From: Octopus bimaculoides
Taxonomy: Eukaryota
DNA length: 64,000 bases
Direction: 5' to 3'
Assembly (NCBI RefSeq): GCF_001194135.2
Contig: NC_068994.1
Span: 42,744,373 to 42,808,372, forward strand
Both the position numbers and the translations under genes were made by a program. The notes beneath the pieces are model-generated. The model searched no databases. It was given only the letters and a program-made list of their open reading frames with translations, and was not told the DNA's origin. Of the stretch, positions 1 to 12,912 are shown in pieces. Numbering within the stretch: position 1 is the first letter of the stretch; the number at the start of each line of letters is the position of its first letter.

Positions 1-1142
1 TCTCATAACTCTCAGAAAACAAAAAGTTCGGCAAATTAATTTAATCCAACTTTTCTACAACTGAGTACATCTCATACGTTTGTTAGCTGTAGGGCAGAAG
101 CCTCACTGTTGCTTCTGTAGTGGTGATTGCTTTGTATCTAGAACAGAATTGTCCAGAAAATCTTCAACATTCAAAAAACGACATTAAAAGTTTAAAGGGA
201 AAATTTGGCTATGGTTTGTCAAGGACCACATGAGAAATATTCGTCCAAAAATGCCTTCGAAAGAATTTGACTTGCCTCAAATTCGTGGCAAAAATGATGC
301 TGGTGATAATATGAACATGTTACCAGTATCTTCAATACCTGCCACTAAGTCAACTTGAACCAAAAGTAATTTTATATTTTTTTAAATAAAATTTCTCGGA
401 CATGTTTAATTGACACAACAACTGATAATAGAATTCAATAAAGAGAAGTTTTGCACAACTAATAAACTTACTTATAATGAAAAATTTAAAAGAAATGTGG
501 TACCTATAAATAAATCACCTTCAATATCCTGAGAGAATTAAATCTATTTCATTTGCAAATGTTACTAGCTATAATGTCAAAGTTCACATTTATAATGATC
601 TTGTATCTCTTCTCATTATTGGAAATGATATTTTACGTTGTAATAAAGAAGGTAATTTGAGATTAAGAAAGAGCCTTCTACCTTTATCAAAACGTCTGTC
701 CATGAGGTTAATGAATGGGGAACCTCTACACTTACTGACAGGTGTCAACATAAATAAGATTTAGCCTAAAGCAACAAGATCACACAAAACACAGAGAATT
801 CATTCAGAAAGATATATAATGTCTTCTAAATGAGAGAATTATTGCAGAGAGCAGAAGTCATGGCTTGCTCCAAGTTTTGTTACTAATTAAAAATTAAGGC
901 CAAGCTTATTTGTTGACTATTCAAGACAAATTAATACTTTAAGCATGATACATTCCCAATGTCACTGATTGATTATCTCCTATGATATGTTGCTTAAAAT
1001 TTCAGTTTTCTCTATTGTTAATCATTATAGCGCTTATCCTCTGGTTCTTTTATTTTCTGGAGAATATCATTTGATAACAGTTGAAGCACTAGAAATGAAA
1101 ATGAAAAGCAAAAATTTTACAAAATCACCAGACATAGTCATA

Positions 1143-1607
1143 GGAGAGGCTGTGTGGTAAATAGCTTGCTTACCAACCACATGGATCTGGGTTCAGTCCC
1201 ACTGCGTGGCACCTTGGGCAAGTGCCTTCTACTGTAGCCTCGTGCCGACCAAAGCCTTGTGAGTGGATTTGGTAGATGGAAACTGAAAGAAGCCCATCGT
1301 ATATATGTATATATACATGTGTTTGTGTTTGTGTTTGTGTTTGTGTTTGTCCTCCCCCCCCCCCCNNNNNNNNNNNNNNNNNNNNNNNNNNNNNNNNNNN
1401 NNNNNNNNNNNNNNNNNNNNNNNNNNNATCGCTTGACAACTGATGCTGGTGTGTTTACGTCCCCGTAACTTAACGGATCGGCAAGAGAGGCCGATAGAAT
1501 AAGTACTAGGCTTACAAAGAATAAGTCCTGGGGTCGATTTGCTCGACTAAAGGCAGTGTTCCAGCATGGCCACAGTCAAATGACTGAAACAAGTAAAAGT
1601 ATAAAAG
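1143..1607 (+). mobile_element. tRNA-derived CORE-type SINE (family A, OR-like), full length with internal microsatellite
   Basis: tRNA-like head with B box (GGTTCAGTCCC) and CORE-like ACCTTGGGCAAGTG, then (TA)/(TG) tract, then tail ending GACTGAAACAAGTAAAAG; about 15 copies in the window. Confidence 0.9.
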
Positions 1608-1699
1608 CGACTTTCTTTTGCATGAACAAAACAACATACTTTCATTCAAGCAAATCTTTTATACTGTTACCATTATTGGAACAGTCATTTTAGTATACA

Positions 1700-1790
1700 G
1701 GTGCAGGCATGGCTGTGTGGTAAGAAGTTTGATACCGAACCACATGGTTCTCGGTTCTGCCCCATTGCGTGACACCTTGGGTAAGTGTCT
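1700..1790 (+). mobile_element. family A SINE head, truncated where a LINE fragment begins
   Basis: matches 1143-1235. Confidence 0.8.
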
Positions 1791-2235
1791 AGACTGAAAG
1801 GGCTGAAGACAAATACTTTTCTCTTTGGCCTACCCCTCATCAACTTTATCAGATACCATCTGAAAAGGAAAGTGAAGGTTGAGAGAGAAGTGCTGACTTT
1901 CAGCAAATTTGTTGGAAGGTGGATGAATATGGTGAAGATGGTCTGTGTCAACGGACCTACTTTGAGCATGCGCTTTTGTGTTTTCCAAGCTGAGAGAGAG
2001 AGAGAGAGGAAGATGGGGAGAGGGCTATTGCCCAAGTAGTTGTGGCGCTTGTAGATTTTTCGTGGGGTCTCCTTGAGTAGTCCAGGGTTGCTTACCTCTT
2101 TTGTGCATTTTCTTTTGTTAAATTTTTCATTGTTATTGACTTTTTACATGACACATGATGTAACCCCACTATGTCCTTCATGTTTTGCAATGTCCAATCT
2201 TATTTTTGTCGGCCCTTGTGGTTAATAAAGAGAGG
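1791..2235 (+). mobile_element. 5'-truncated L1/Tx1-like LINE 3' end
   Basis: ORF end LINFIRYHLKRKVKVEREVLTFSKFVGRWMNMVKM resembles the L1/Tx1 ORF2 C-terminus (recalled, not searched); followed by 3'UTR-like DNA, AATAAA near 2223 and an (ATT)n tail. Confidence 0.55.
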
Positions 2236-2300
<65 letters not shown>

Positions 2301-2562
2301 TTATATTATCATTTTGTTCATCATATACATGTGCATGTGTATTTGTCATTATAGTTTTGCTTTGTAATTAAATATAAAGTGTTGTTTTCGAAATATATAT
2401 TAAATAAGCCTTAATCTTCATGCATGTCTTTTGGTNNNNNNNNNNNNNNNNNNNNNNNNNNNNNNNNNNNNNNNNNNNNNNNNNNNNNNNNNNNNNNNNN
2501 NNNNNNNNNNNNNNNNNNNNNNNNNNNNNNNNTATATATATATATATATATATATATATGCA

Positions 2563-2788
2563 TAAAAGACACCATTACGAGCGTGGCCGTTTTCGTGCGG
2601 GTGACACGTAAAAGCACCCACTACACTCTCTGAGTGGTTGGCGTTAGGAAGGGCATCCAGCTGTAGAAACTCTGCCAAATTAGACTGGAGCCTGGTGTTA
2701 CCATCCGGTTTCACCAGTCCTCAGTCAAATCGTCCAACCCATGCTAGCATGGAAAGCGGACGTTAAACGATGATGATGATGATGATGA
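2563..2788 (+). mobile_element. family B repeat with RTE-type 3' tail
   Basis: ends CCAACCCATGCTAGCATGGAAAGCGGACGTTAAACGATGATGATG, shared with the RTE fragment at 6236-7017. Confidence 0.85.
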
Positions 2789-4133
2789 TATGCAGAGAGA
2801 GAGAGAGAGAGAACAGGTTTCTTTCAGTTTCCATGTATCAAATCTACTCAAAATGCTTTTCTTTGCTCAGGGCTATGGTTGAAGACACTTGCCCAATTTT
2901 CCATGCAATGGGATTGAACCCAAAACCGTGCGTCCATACATGTGTGTGTGTGTGTGTGTCTGTGATTGTGTCTGTGTGTGTGTATGTATGTATATGTGTT
3001 TGTGTGTGTATCTGCATGCTTGTGTGAGTGTGTGTGTTCATATATACATATATATTTATATATATATTTATATTTAATACATATATATTTACATATATAT
3101 ATATGTATATTTATATTTAATATACACACACACATATATAAACTCAGGCTGATGCACACATATTTATATATGACATAAATACATGTGTTTGAGAGCATAT
3201 ATACAAATATGTTTATATATATATGTACCTAACTATCATTATGTGTGTATATATGTATTTATGTATATGTCATATATGCAAATGCATGAACCCTGTATCT
3301 GAATTAATATATGCATATACATGCGTATATACAAATATATCTATATCTATCTATCTGTCTATCTATATATATATATTTATGCACACATACAGATAATCCT
3401 GAATATTATAGACATATAATTACATAGACTAATGGAAGAAAACTGATAGATAGACAGATGGACAGGCGGTTGAATAGTTCTCGGAAACTCGTGCCAAATT
3501 TTGGTTGTTTCCAAATTATTGATTTTTGTCCAAACATTTCTGTGATGGGTGTTGGCAGTGTATCAAGGGAGATAAACGGTGCTGAACACAATGACCATTT
3601 TATAAAAATTACATTCACAGCAGCCAAGTAAAATGAAAACATTGAACTGGTATTAGTTAACCCCTTGTCACAATAAGGCTGTAAAGGTTTTTGTTCCTGT
3701 TAATCGATGGACACATCTCTGATTTCAAGGGAGCATGATGATTTGGATGAAAGTATCAGTGACTCATTCATCAGTAATAAGATAGCCGCTACTAATCTAA
3801 GGCTAGGAGAGCCGAGAAGCAGTCACTTTAGCCATTCAGTCACATACTTGTAATAAATAAGATTAATTCTCTGATCCAAATTGAATAAAATATCCCCCAC
3901 CAAAAAAAATGAAGAAAATGTTTTTGTTGCAGTGACATGTAAATACATTGTATCAAGTTAATAAATAGTTCGATAAAATATAAAGAAATAAAGAAATAAA
4001 AATTTTAAAATACTGACTTCTGTAAAGTTGTCAAAACTTTCCAACTCTAATAAATCATTTATTCTATTTAATTTATCGCTATAGAATTATTCTTTTCCAA
4101 TTACTTAATTATATTTAGTATTCGTTAATTTAC

Positions 4134-4247
4134 TTTCCATGTTTTGATTTTATCTTTCTTTCCTTCCTTGAGCCCGCAGCTCCTGGTGGAATAACAGGGG
4201 TGCTGCCTTTGGTATTTAAGCCTTGGGAAGCCCATTCATCTCTAGGC
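4134..4247 (-). CDS. candidate internal exon (R)PRDEWASQGLNTKGSTPVIPPGAAGSRKERKIKSKHG
   Basis: pyrimidine tract upstream of cag acceptor, AA/gtaaat donor, single open frame, phase 2 matches candidate first exon 11180-11190; no family recognised. Confidence 0.4.
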
Positions 4248-4399
4248 CTGTGCATATCCAATTTATTTATTTATTTGAAAGAAATAAAGCGATAGAGAGA
4301 AAGAAAGAGATATATGAGAAAAATTCACACTGTGCTTGAGTGCAACTTTATTTATCAACCCAACCAACCTTGAAACAATGTTAGGAAAACTAAGGGAAG

Positions 4400-4615
4400 T
4401 GTGCTGGTGGAACTGTTAGCACTGCAGGTAAAATGCTTAGCAGCATTTCGTCTGTCTTGATGTTCTGTCATCAAATGCCACTGAGATCGATTTTTGCCTT
4501 TCGTCCTTTTGAGGTCAATGAAATTAGTACCAGTCAAGCACTGGGGTTGATGTCATTGACTTAAATTCCTCCCTGTTACTGGTGGCCCAGAGCCAAAATT
4601 TGAAATTAGTATTAG
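4400..4615 (+). mobile_element. tRNA-derived SINE family C, degenerate
   Basis: similar to 52062-52270. Confidence 0.75.
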
Positions 4616-4945
4616 GAAAACTAACCTCGGTAGGATTTCAGCTCAGAATGTAGTGTTCCGTAATGGATACTGAAAAGAATTCTATTCCAATACTAATAAC
4701 TTTGCCAACCAGTAGACAGGTTTATTTCTTGCCCTGATCCACTCCTTATGGGAAGAGGGTAGACATTGACTGATTCAGTTTGTCAACATACCAGGTTCAA
4801 TGTTTTAGGAGTAGAGAGCTCAGTTGTCGAAGGAACCAAGAACCAACCAAGGAATTCATCATCCTCAACACCACCACTACCACCACCACCACCACTACTA
4901 CCACCACCAACACAACCATCACCATCACCACTACCACCACCACCC

Positions 4946-4976
<31 letters not shown>

Positions 4977-5082
4977 TTAATGCTTGCATGGGTCATTAGA
5001 GGCATATTTACAATGGATGGATACCCTTTCTATCACCCCACTCTCACCTGTTTCCAAGCAAGGAAATATTTATCTATGACCA

Positions 5083-5204
5083 GGTTTCAGTTTCTGTCTA
5101 CAAAATCCACTCACAAGGTTTTGGTCGGCCCAAGGTGCCATCCAGTGAGACTGAACCCAGAACCATGTGGTTGGTAAGCAATTTAATTACCACACAGTCA
5201 CTAC

Positions 5205-5210
<6 letters not shown>
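5083..5210 (-). mobile_element. family A SINE head
   Basis: reverse complement of 1143-1300. Confidence 0.85.
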
Positions 5211-5240
<30 letters not shown>

Positions 5241-5370
5241 TGAGTATATATATTTTAATTGGCAGAATGTTCTTTACAAACATAACTATGGGCCATTTAG
5301 TCACTTCTGTAACTTACTGCCAATTATAAGGTAAATGGATGTTGTATATGTATGCATATGTGTGTGTATG

Positions 5371-5410
<40 letters not shown>

Positions 5411-5449
5411 GTATGTATGTATATACATATGTATGTATGTGTGTGTGTA

Positions 5450-5480
<31 letters not shown>

Positions 5481-5740
5481 TATGCAAACATATATTAAGA
5501 AGCCCTAGTTTTAAATTTGACTCTACCCTAAATACTGTGACCCCATGAGTAAGTGTTGTGCTGTTATTCATAAATAATTTTGTTTTAACCCCTTACTTTC
5601 CACATATATTTATATGCACACATAGTTTAAATTGGAATTCCCTAAAGCATTTAAATGACATAAAACTTTTTATATTATTGAGTTCATTATAATTTTGTTT
5701 TAAATATTTTTACTGCAATCTTTGCTATTTTGCATGGAAC

Positions 5741-5781
<41 letters not shown>

Positions 5782-6162
5782 NNNNNNNNNNNNNNNNNNN
5801 NNNNNNNNNNNNNNNNNNNNNNNNNNNNNNNNNNNNNNNNNNNNNNNNNNNNNNNNNNNNNNNNNNNNNNNNNNNNNNNNNNNNNNNNNNNNNNNNNNNN
5901 NNNNNNNNNNNNNNNNNNNNNNNNNNNNNNNNNNNNNNNNNNNNNNNNNNNNNNNNNNNNNNNNNNNNNNNNNNNNNNNNNNNNNNNNNNNNNNNNNNNN
6001 NNNNNNNNNNNNNNNNNNNNNNNNNNNNNNNNNNNNNNNNNNNNNNNNNNNNNNNNNNNNNNNNNNNNNNNNNNNNNNNNNNNNNNNNNNNNNNNNNNNN
6101 NNNNNNNNNNNNNNNNNNNNNNNNNNNNNTTTTACTGCAATCTTTGCTATTTTGCATGGAAC

Positions 6163-6202
<40 letters not shown>

Positions 6203-6235
6203 TATGACACAAAATGAATATATGAAGATATGAGG

Positions 6236-7017
6236 CCTCTGCAACATCAGTGTGCATGAATAGCAAAGAACAAATGTGTTGAGAAAAAAGTTGGGCACAA
6301 GAGGAATCAAATGAGTGTGCAAGAGAGGAAACTATGTTTATTTTGGACATGTGATGCATATAAATGAAGACAGCTGTATAAAGAAATGCTGGTCACTGAA
6401 AGTGCATGGTACCTGTGGAAGAGGGAGACCCAGGAAGACATGGGATGAAGTGCTGAGGACTGATCTCAGGATGTTGGGGCTCATGCAGGAAGTGACAATG
6501 GGCCAAGATATCTGGCAATTTGAAGTTCTAGAGAAGACCCTCTCCCTCTCTCTCTGGCTGGGTAACCACGTACCTTCTCTACAGCAAGACACCGGCTTCT
6601 GTCTCTCTGTCTCCCTGTCACTCTGTCACTCTCTTAACTTTCATCATCTGACACAAGATCCCTTCCTCCAATGCCCCCTCCTTTCCCAAAGGATCTTTAT
6701 CTTGCAAGCTAATTGGTAACCCTGCCAGTGCTGGTGCCACGTAAAAAGCATTCAGTCCACACTGTTAAGTGGTTGGCATTTGAAAGGGCACCCAGCTGTA
6801 AAAACCATGCCAAAACTGACCTCGCCTGCTCTGGTACCACATAAAAAAGCAGTCAGTCCACTCTGCAGGGTGGTTGGTGTTAGGAAGGGAATCCAGCCAT
6901 AAAAAGCATACCTAAACAGACATAGAAGTCTGGTGCAGTCTTCAGCTTAGCCAGCTCCTGTCAAACTGTCCAACCCATGCCAGCATGGAAAGTGGACATT
7001 AAACGATGATGATGATG
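6236..7017 (+). mobile_element. RTE-clade LINE 3' fragment (degenerate ORF2 end plus 3'UTR)
   Basis: FGHVMHINEDSCIKKCWSLKVHGTCGRGRPRKTWDEVLRTDL matches the RTE ORF2 C-terminal FGHV...GRGRPRKTW motif; stops and frameshift upstream; family B tail and (GAT)n end. Confidence 0.9.
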
Positions 7018-7797
7018 AATGTTTTCAAATTATGTAATTAAAATTATTTTTCTTGATATATTATGTATCACCTCTTGCTCCATTTCTTACTGTCATTTAA
7101 ATTTGTATAAACATGTAAAATGCTCCCACATGTATGAATTGGTGGCTGGCACAATAAACAAATTAATTATTATTGTTGTTGTAATCGTTATCATCATCAT
7201 CGTCGTCATTATCATCATCACCATTATTATTACTAATAATACCAGTATTATCCTCCTTCTCTTTATCGTCATCATCATCACATGACCACCACCACCACCA
7301 CCACCACTGCTACTACTACTACTACTACCACCATCATCATCATCATCATTATTAATGTGTTATCTTTCTTCTGGTTTTATTACCATTAACGCAGACATAT
7401 TTCACAATTTGGTTTCCTACATTTCCTTCCTTGTTATTTCAATAATTTTCATTTACACTTATGGACTGAAAGTTTGTCAAATTTAAAATTCAATGTAGTA
7501 CATTATTGTGAAATTTTTCGATAATAATTATAATAAATATAAAGAAAATTTATAAATAAAGGCTAATTGTCTTTCTCAAGTGTTCATCTACTGGAAAGAT
7601 AAAGTTGTTGCATTATCAACGCCATTTAGACCATCATTCTGTCTATAAGTCTTTAATATATCTTCAGCTTATAGTCTGCTTAAAGAATAAAAATTGTTAA
7701 GCCTTCAGCATTCTATTTCACACTTCAATTGTTGAATGATTAACCTGAGAGACACCCATATTATAGAAGGAAGAAACAGCTGCCCCAGGGAATCGTC

Positions 7798-8380
7798 TAC
7801 ATGGGGGTGCTGAAAAGTTTCTGGCTCAAAGGTTATTGTGAAAGGTCTGGTTGGAGGCCCAACCTTCTGAGTTCTTTTACAGGGCTTACAAAAACTGAAG
7901 GATCACTGCAATAAGTGTGTGAATCNNNNNNNNNNNNNNNNNNNNNNNNNNNNNNNNNNNNNNNNNNNNNNNNNNNNNNNNNNNNNNNNNNNNNNNNNNN
8001 NNNNNNNNNNNNNNNNNNNNNNNNNNNNNNNNNNNNNNNNNNNNNNNNNNNNNNNNNNNNNNNNNNNNNNNNNNNNNNNNNNNNNNNNNNNNNNNNNNNN
8101 NNNNNNNNNNNNNNNNNNNNNNNNNNNNNNNNNNNNNNNNNNNNNNNNNNNNNNNNNNNNNNNNNNNNNNNNNNNNCCTACACATATATATGTAAAGGTT
8201 ATTGTGAAAGGTCTGGTTAGAGGCCCAAATTTCTGATTCATTTACAGGGCTAAGAAAAACTAAAGGGCTGCATAAGTGTGTGAATCTGAGAGGGGAATAT
8301 GATGAACAAAATCATAATTAACAGATCATCCTGTATTCTCTTTTACCCAAATCCAGGAACTTTTCAGCACCCACATCGTA
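7798..8380 (+). mobile_element. non-autonomous mariner-derived MITE, probably two copies separated by a gap
   Basis: ~29-bp TIRs (TACATGGGGGTGCTGAAAAGTTTCTGG / CCAGGAACTTTTCAGCACCCACATCGTA) with TA ends; internal WLEAQPSEFF..GLQKLKDHCNKCVNLRGEY resembles the mariner transposase C-terminus. Confidence 0.85.
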
Positions 8381-8992
8381 TACTTAGAGGATATGGTTTC
8401 TAAAAATGCTTACTATGTCTGATAAGGTAGTTGTAAACATGCCCCCCAAAAAGACAATGAATGGTCATACTTAGAATGGTTTTTGTACATATGACTGCTT
8501 AATCAGGGTTCACCTGGGTTTAAATGACAGTAGTAATAAACATTGCCCCACTTATAACACCATACTTAGGTGATGATAGTCCACTACAACCATATTCTCT
8601 CTCATACCAAATGTACTCTGATAACACCCTCCACTAAACATCATTCACAGTTTAGAAGTTTCTTAATTTACCATTTCACAAAACTTTCTAACCAAGTTTC
8701 AGTCATACTATAACACTAAAACAACAACCATTATTTAACAGTTTCTAATTTAACCATTTCACAACAGGAACAAAACTTTCTAAGCATATTTAGTTATAGC
8801 ATATTTGGCAATTTAATAGATGTGGTGGTGGTGGTAGTGTTGATGGTGTTGGTCAAGGGGTCTGGCAAAATTAATCACTTGAAAGATCTGGCCATTATTG
8901 ATGGCATGTCACCATCACTAGAACTTAAGCAGGAAGTAGATGTAAAGCCAACTAGACAACATTATAAGGGTGATGCTTTACATACATACGTG

Positions 8993-9028
<36 letters not shown>

Positions 9029-9198
9029 GCTGCAGTGTTTTGAAATTAGTGGTGTGAGCTATGGCAGAACATCTAATGGGTATTAATTTCATGGTATAGC
9101 AGACAGACAGACATGAAAATAGTTTCAAAGTTACATGCACAAGCCCACATAACCGCACACACTACATATCTGTGTCCACCCATGTGTGTGTATATATA

Positions 9199-9238
<40 letters not shown>

Positions 9239-9396
9239 TACAGAGAGAGAGAGAGAGAGAGATGTATAGATACACATACACACATACATATATAAACACA
9301 CACACACAAAACACTCACATGCATACATGCACATACACACACTCACACTTGTGCAAACACATGCACACGCACACACACACATATATATGTACATAC

Positions 9397-9466
<70 letters not shown>

Positions 9467-9689
9467 ATATTAACCAATGCGTATATGCAATATTTTCTTC
9501 ATATTTTGACAGAAAGGTAAGCTGCCATTTTAACTCTTTCAAGCCTGACTACAGTTAAACTACAGTCACTGAGCCTCTCAGCAAACAATTTTGTGAAGCA
9601 AAACTTCCAAGTCTCCTTCACTTCACACTTTTCTGAAGGCATATATGGCTTTGTGATATTGGACACTGGTCATTATCATCATCATCATT

Positions 9690-9990
9690 CATCCTAATCA
9701 TAATCATTTAACATCTGCTTTCCATGCTGGCATGTGTTAGATGGTTTAACTGGAGCCTGGTAAGCTAGAGAGCTGCACCAGGCTCCAGTCGTCTGCTTTG
9801 GCTTGATTTCTACAGCTGGATGCCCTTCCTAATGCCAGCCACTTTACAGAGTGTATTGAGTGCTTTCTCATGTCACAAGCATGGATGTCTCTTATGTGTC
9901 ACTGGAACGGATGTTTTATATATATCACCATCGCAGATGCCTTTTACATGTCACCAGTATGGGAAACCTTTTACATGTCCCTGGCACAAG
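9690..9990 (-). mobile_element. family B repeat
   Basis: reverse complement of the RTE-type tail. Confidence 0.8.
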
Positions 9991-10377
9991 TGCCAAATAT
10001 ATCCTGGTTCATTAGAACCTACTTCCTAGTAATTCAGATCTTTTTATATCTTTTCTCATTGGAACACAGAACTTCTGCAAACTTCCTATTTTCAGCTTCT
10101 TTCAGATTTTCATGTTTCCAAGTAATACACTTGTATTGTTTTTTTAATGATTTTTGTGTGTGTGTGCGTATGTGTGTTTTTCTTCTTTTTTTCTGTTATT
10201 GGTTTGGTCTCAAGGAAGAGGTTGTGCTTGTTGTCTACTGGCCCACCGAGACCAAGGAAAACAATGTAGTGATATTAAACACATAGTCTCATATGAGATA
10301 GAGTAATAGTGAAAGAGAGAAAGAAAGAAAGAAAGAAAGGAAGGAAGAAAGATAGAAAAGAGAAAAAGAGAGAAAAA

Positions 10378-10416
<39 letters not shown>

Positions 10417-11169
10417 AACAAAGTCAGAAAACTGTGAAAATTTTCTTTCTTTAACTCAGGGAAAATGAGTAAAAAAAGAATAAAAGAGAACAAATATAAA
10501 ATATTCTAAATATATATATATATATATATATACACAAAAATACAATAGCTAGACATCAAATTAGTAGTGACCTGACAATGATCAACAGCCAACCAAGTAT
10601 TATGTGGTATTTTACACACATTACGGCTACTCAAAGAGCAATTCCAATGCGTTATCGGAAATATTTCAAGATTATTTGGTTGGATGTCTGCTATGAGAAG
10701 AAACAAAATTCAATGACTCTCAGGAAGCCAATTCTCGCAAATAACTGCCATTCTTCGCCATCATCACCATATCACCACCACTACCGCCAACACCATTACC
10801 ACCACCAACACCAACTCTACCACTGTCATTACCATCGCCATCACCACCCCCTCTGCACCACCCAAACAAATACAAATCATACTGCTGCCAACATCCACTC
10901 TTACATCACCTTACCCTCCCTATTACCATCACCACCATCCCTACAACCACCATCACCACCACCATCATCACTGTCATTCTATCACTATTTCCATAAACTG
11001 TATGAGAAAAACATTTTTGGCCAACCTTTTGCAATGTGTATTGATGCTGCTATTACTATTATTGTAAATTATCAGCAGTAGATGTAAAATAAATCTTTTA
11101 TTGTTGACCTTTCCGATTCTTGAAGCAATGTGAAAACATTGATAGTGGAGAGAAGTTTGTCACACAGAG

Positions 11170-11250
11170 TAATATTTACCTAGCAGCCATCTTGAATTGT
11201 ACTTTCACTTTCAGTGGACACCTTCAATAATAATAGTCTAAGGTAAGTGT
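11170..11250. promoter_or_regulatory. candidate divergent promoter region
   Basis: opposed donors (minus at 11180, plus AG/gtaagt at 11242), YY1-like motif, X-box-like TTTACCTAGCAGC at 11175-11187. Confidence 0.3.
11180..11190 (-). CDS. candidate first coding exon MAA(R)
   Basis: CAAGATGGCTGCTAG/gtaaat: ATG inside a YY1-like AAGATGGC motif followed by a donor; phase-compatible with 4134-4247. Confidence 0.35.
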
Positions 11251-11501
11251 CAAAGGAAATAACGAGAGGAAATTTGTAAACATGATAGCATTCTAAGAGC
11301 GAGAGAATGGTGAAATAAGTTTATTTGCAGACATAATTACATATTGAAAATTGTATCTGAGCCAAAGAAAATTGATACACTTTGCAAATATATGGATTTT
11401 TCTAGCATATATATCAAGTTTCTTTCTGATCATTAACAATCCAGAAAACCTCAAGTATACACACACACACACATCAGTCATTCCAATACATACATATGTA
11501 C

Positions 11502-11564
<63 letters not shown>

Positions 11565-11823
11565 AATATATATGTATCTATATATATTCACACACATATA
11601 CAAATGTGGTGGTTTTATTGGAAGCAAAATAAAACATTGAAACTTTGTTATGACATCAAGATATTGGTTCTAATTCTTGTGAATGCTAAGTGGAAAGTTT
11701 CTGGAAGTGACTGTAAATAGACTTCTTTGCAAAGATATATATTCTAACACTGTTTTATGTCTGTCTGAATATTTGTTCTCTATACAAACATTAAAATTCT
11801 ATGGACTGGAGCAAGGGACTAAA

Positions 11824-11921
11824 TGAAGAAGAGGAAGGAGAAGGAGAAGAAGAAGAAGAAGTAGAAGAAGAAGAAGAAGAAGAAGAAGAAGAAGGAGAAG
11901 AAGGAGAAGAAGAAGAAGAAG
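11824..11921. repeat. (GAA/GGA)n microsatellite
   Basis: seen directly. Confidence 0.95.
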
Positions 11922-12289
11922 ACCAGTTTACTACCAAGGTAAAAGCATCTGTACATTTTAATGACAGTATTAAGCTTCCTGCTTTTTATTTCATTGTTGT
12001 TTGATTTAATTGTTCTCTGTCAACATCGTTATACTCTTCTTCCACCTGCTCCTCTTGCCCCTCCTCCTCCTCCTTTTTGTCATCATTGCATTATCAATGA
12101 TATAATAGTTGCAGTGCACACAGTATCACAAACGACAGCAGCTTCGAAAGCAATCATTTCTTACAATAGAACCAGCAACAATTGAATATAGCCGGTGTTC
12201 TGCTCTGGCCCCCTTCTTTCAAATGTTAACCTCTCACCTTATCTTCTAGCATAAAGCCACCTTCCTCTTTATTGTAGCTACACTCAGTG

Positions 12290-12545
12290 AGAAGGGGATC
12301 TTCGTCTTGCGAGATGCATGGTGACTTCACCAGGGCTGGTGCCACAGAAAAAAAAACCCCAGACAAAACAAAAAAAGAAATTCAGTACATTCACTAAAGT
12401 GGTTGGCATTAAAAGGGTCATCCAGCTATGGAAACATTGCTGAAGCAAACGTTAGGACATAGTTCATTCCTTGGAACCACTGAATTCTGTTGCACAATCT
12501 AACCTCCATGCCAGCATGAGATACAGAATGCGGCTGTTGAATGAT
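12290..12545 (+). mobile_element. family B repeat, degenerate
   Basis: RTE-type tail leading into (GAT)n. Confidence 0.75.
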
Positions 12546-12912
12546 GATGGTGATGATGCTGATGATGATGATGATGACAACGATGATGACGATGATGATG
12601 CTGATGATAACCGTGATGATGATGATGACAATGACAACGATGATGATGATGCTGATGATGGTGATGATGATGATGCTGATGATGGTGATGATGATGATGA
12701 TGATAATGAGGATCATGGTGATGACAATCAAGATGATCAACATCATCGTCATGATAATGATGTTGGTGACAACAATGGCGATAACCACATTGAAAAAGTC
12801 AATGACGACGACAACAACAATGATGATAGTGATGACGATGAAGGCGGTGGCGGTGGCGGCAGCGGCGACGACAATGATGATGACGACAACGACGATGGTG
12901 ATGATGATGATA
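12541..12912. repeat. long imperfect (GAT/GAC/GGC)n tract at the end of a family B tail
   Basis: seen directly; source of the poly-Asp and poly-Met ORFs. Confidence 0.95.

Noticed and set aside
510-764. ~84-codon stop-free plus-strand frame, and other short frames in 1-360
   Set aside because: No start, splice or homology support; frames this long are expected by chance in 64 kb
1143-1230. tRNA genes
   Set aside because: A/B-box sequences are SINE heads without a full cloverleaf
2090-2200. Minus-strand AG/gtaagc donor
   Set aside because: Lies in the antisense of a LINE 3'UTR, with no acceptor
4134-4247. Resemblance of PPGAAGSRKER to PACRG
   Set aside because: The conserved PTKPTAFRKFYERGD continuation is absent
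5708-6195. Identical 36-nt plus (GT)n sequence on both sides of an N gap
   Set aside because: Typical unmerged contig overlap, i.e. an assembly artefact
7745-7782. CTGAGAGA...GAAACAGCTG hammerhead-like trace
   Set aside because: Core lacks a base and stem II does not pair; too degenerate to call
11801-12004. Glu-rich ORF MDWSKGLNEEEE...
   Set aside because: Explained by a (GAA)n tract; the donor at 11939 is weak
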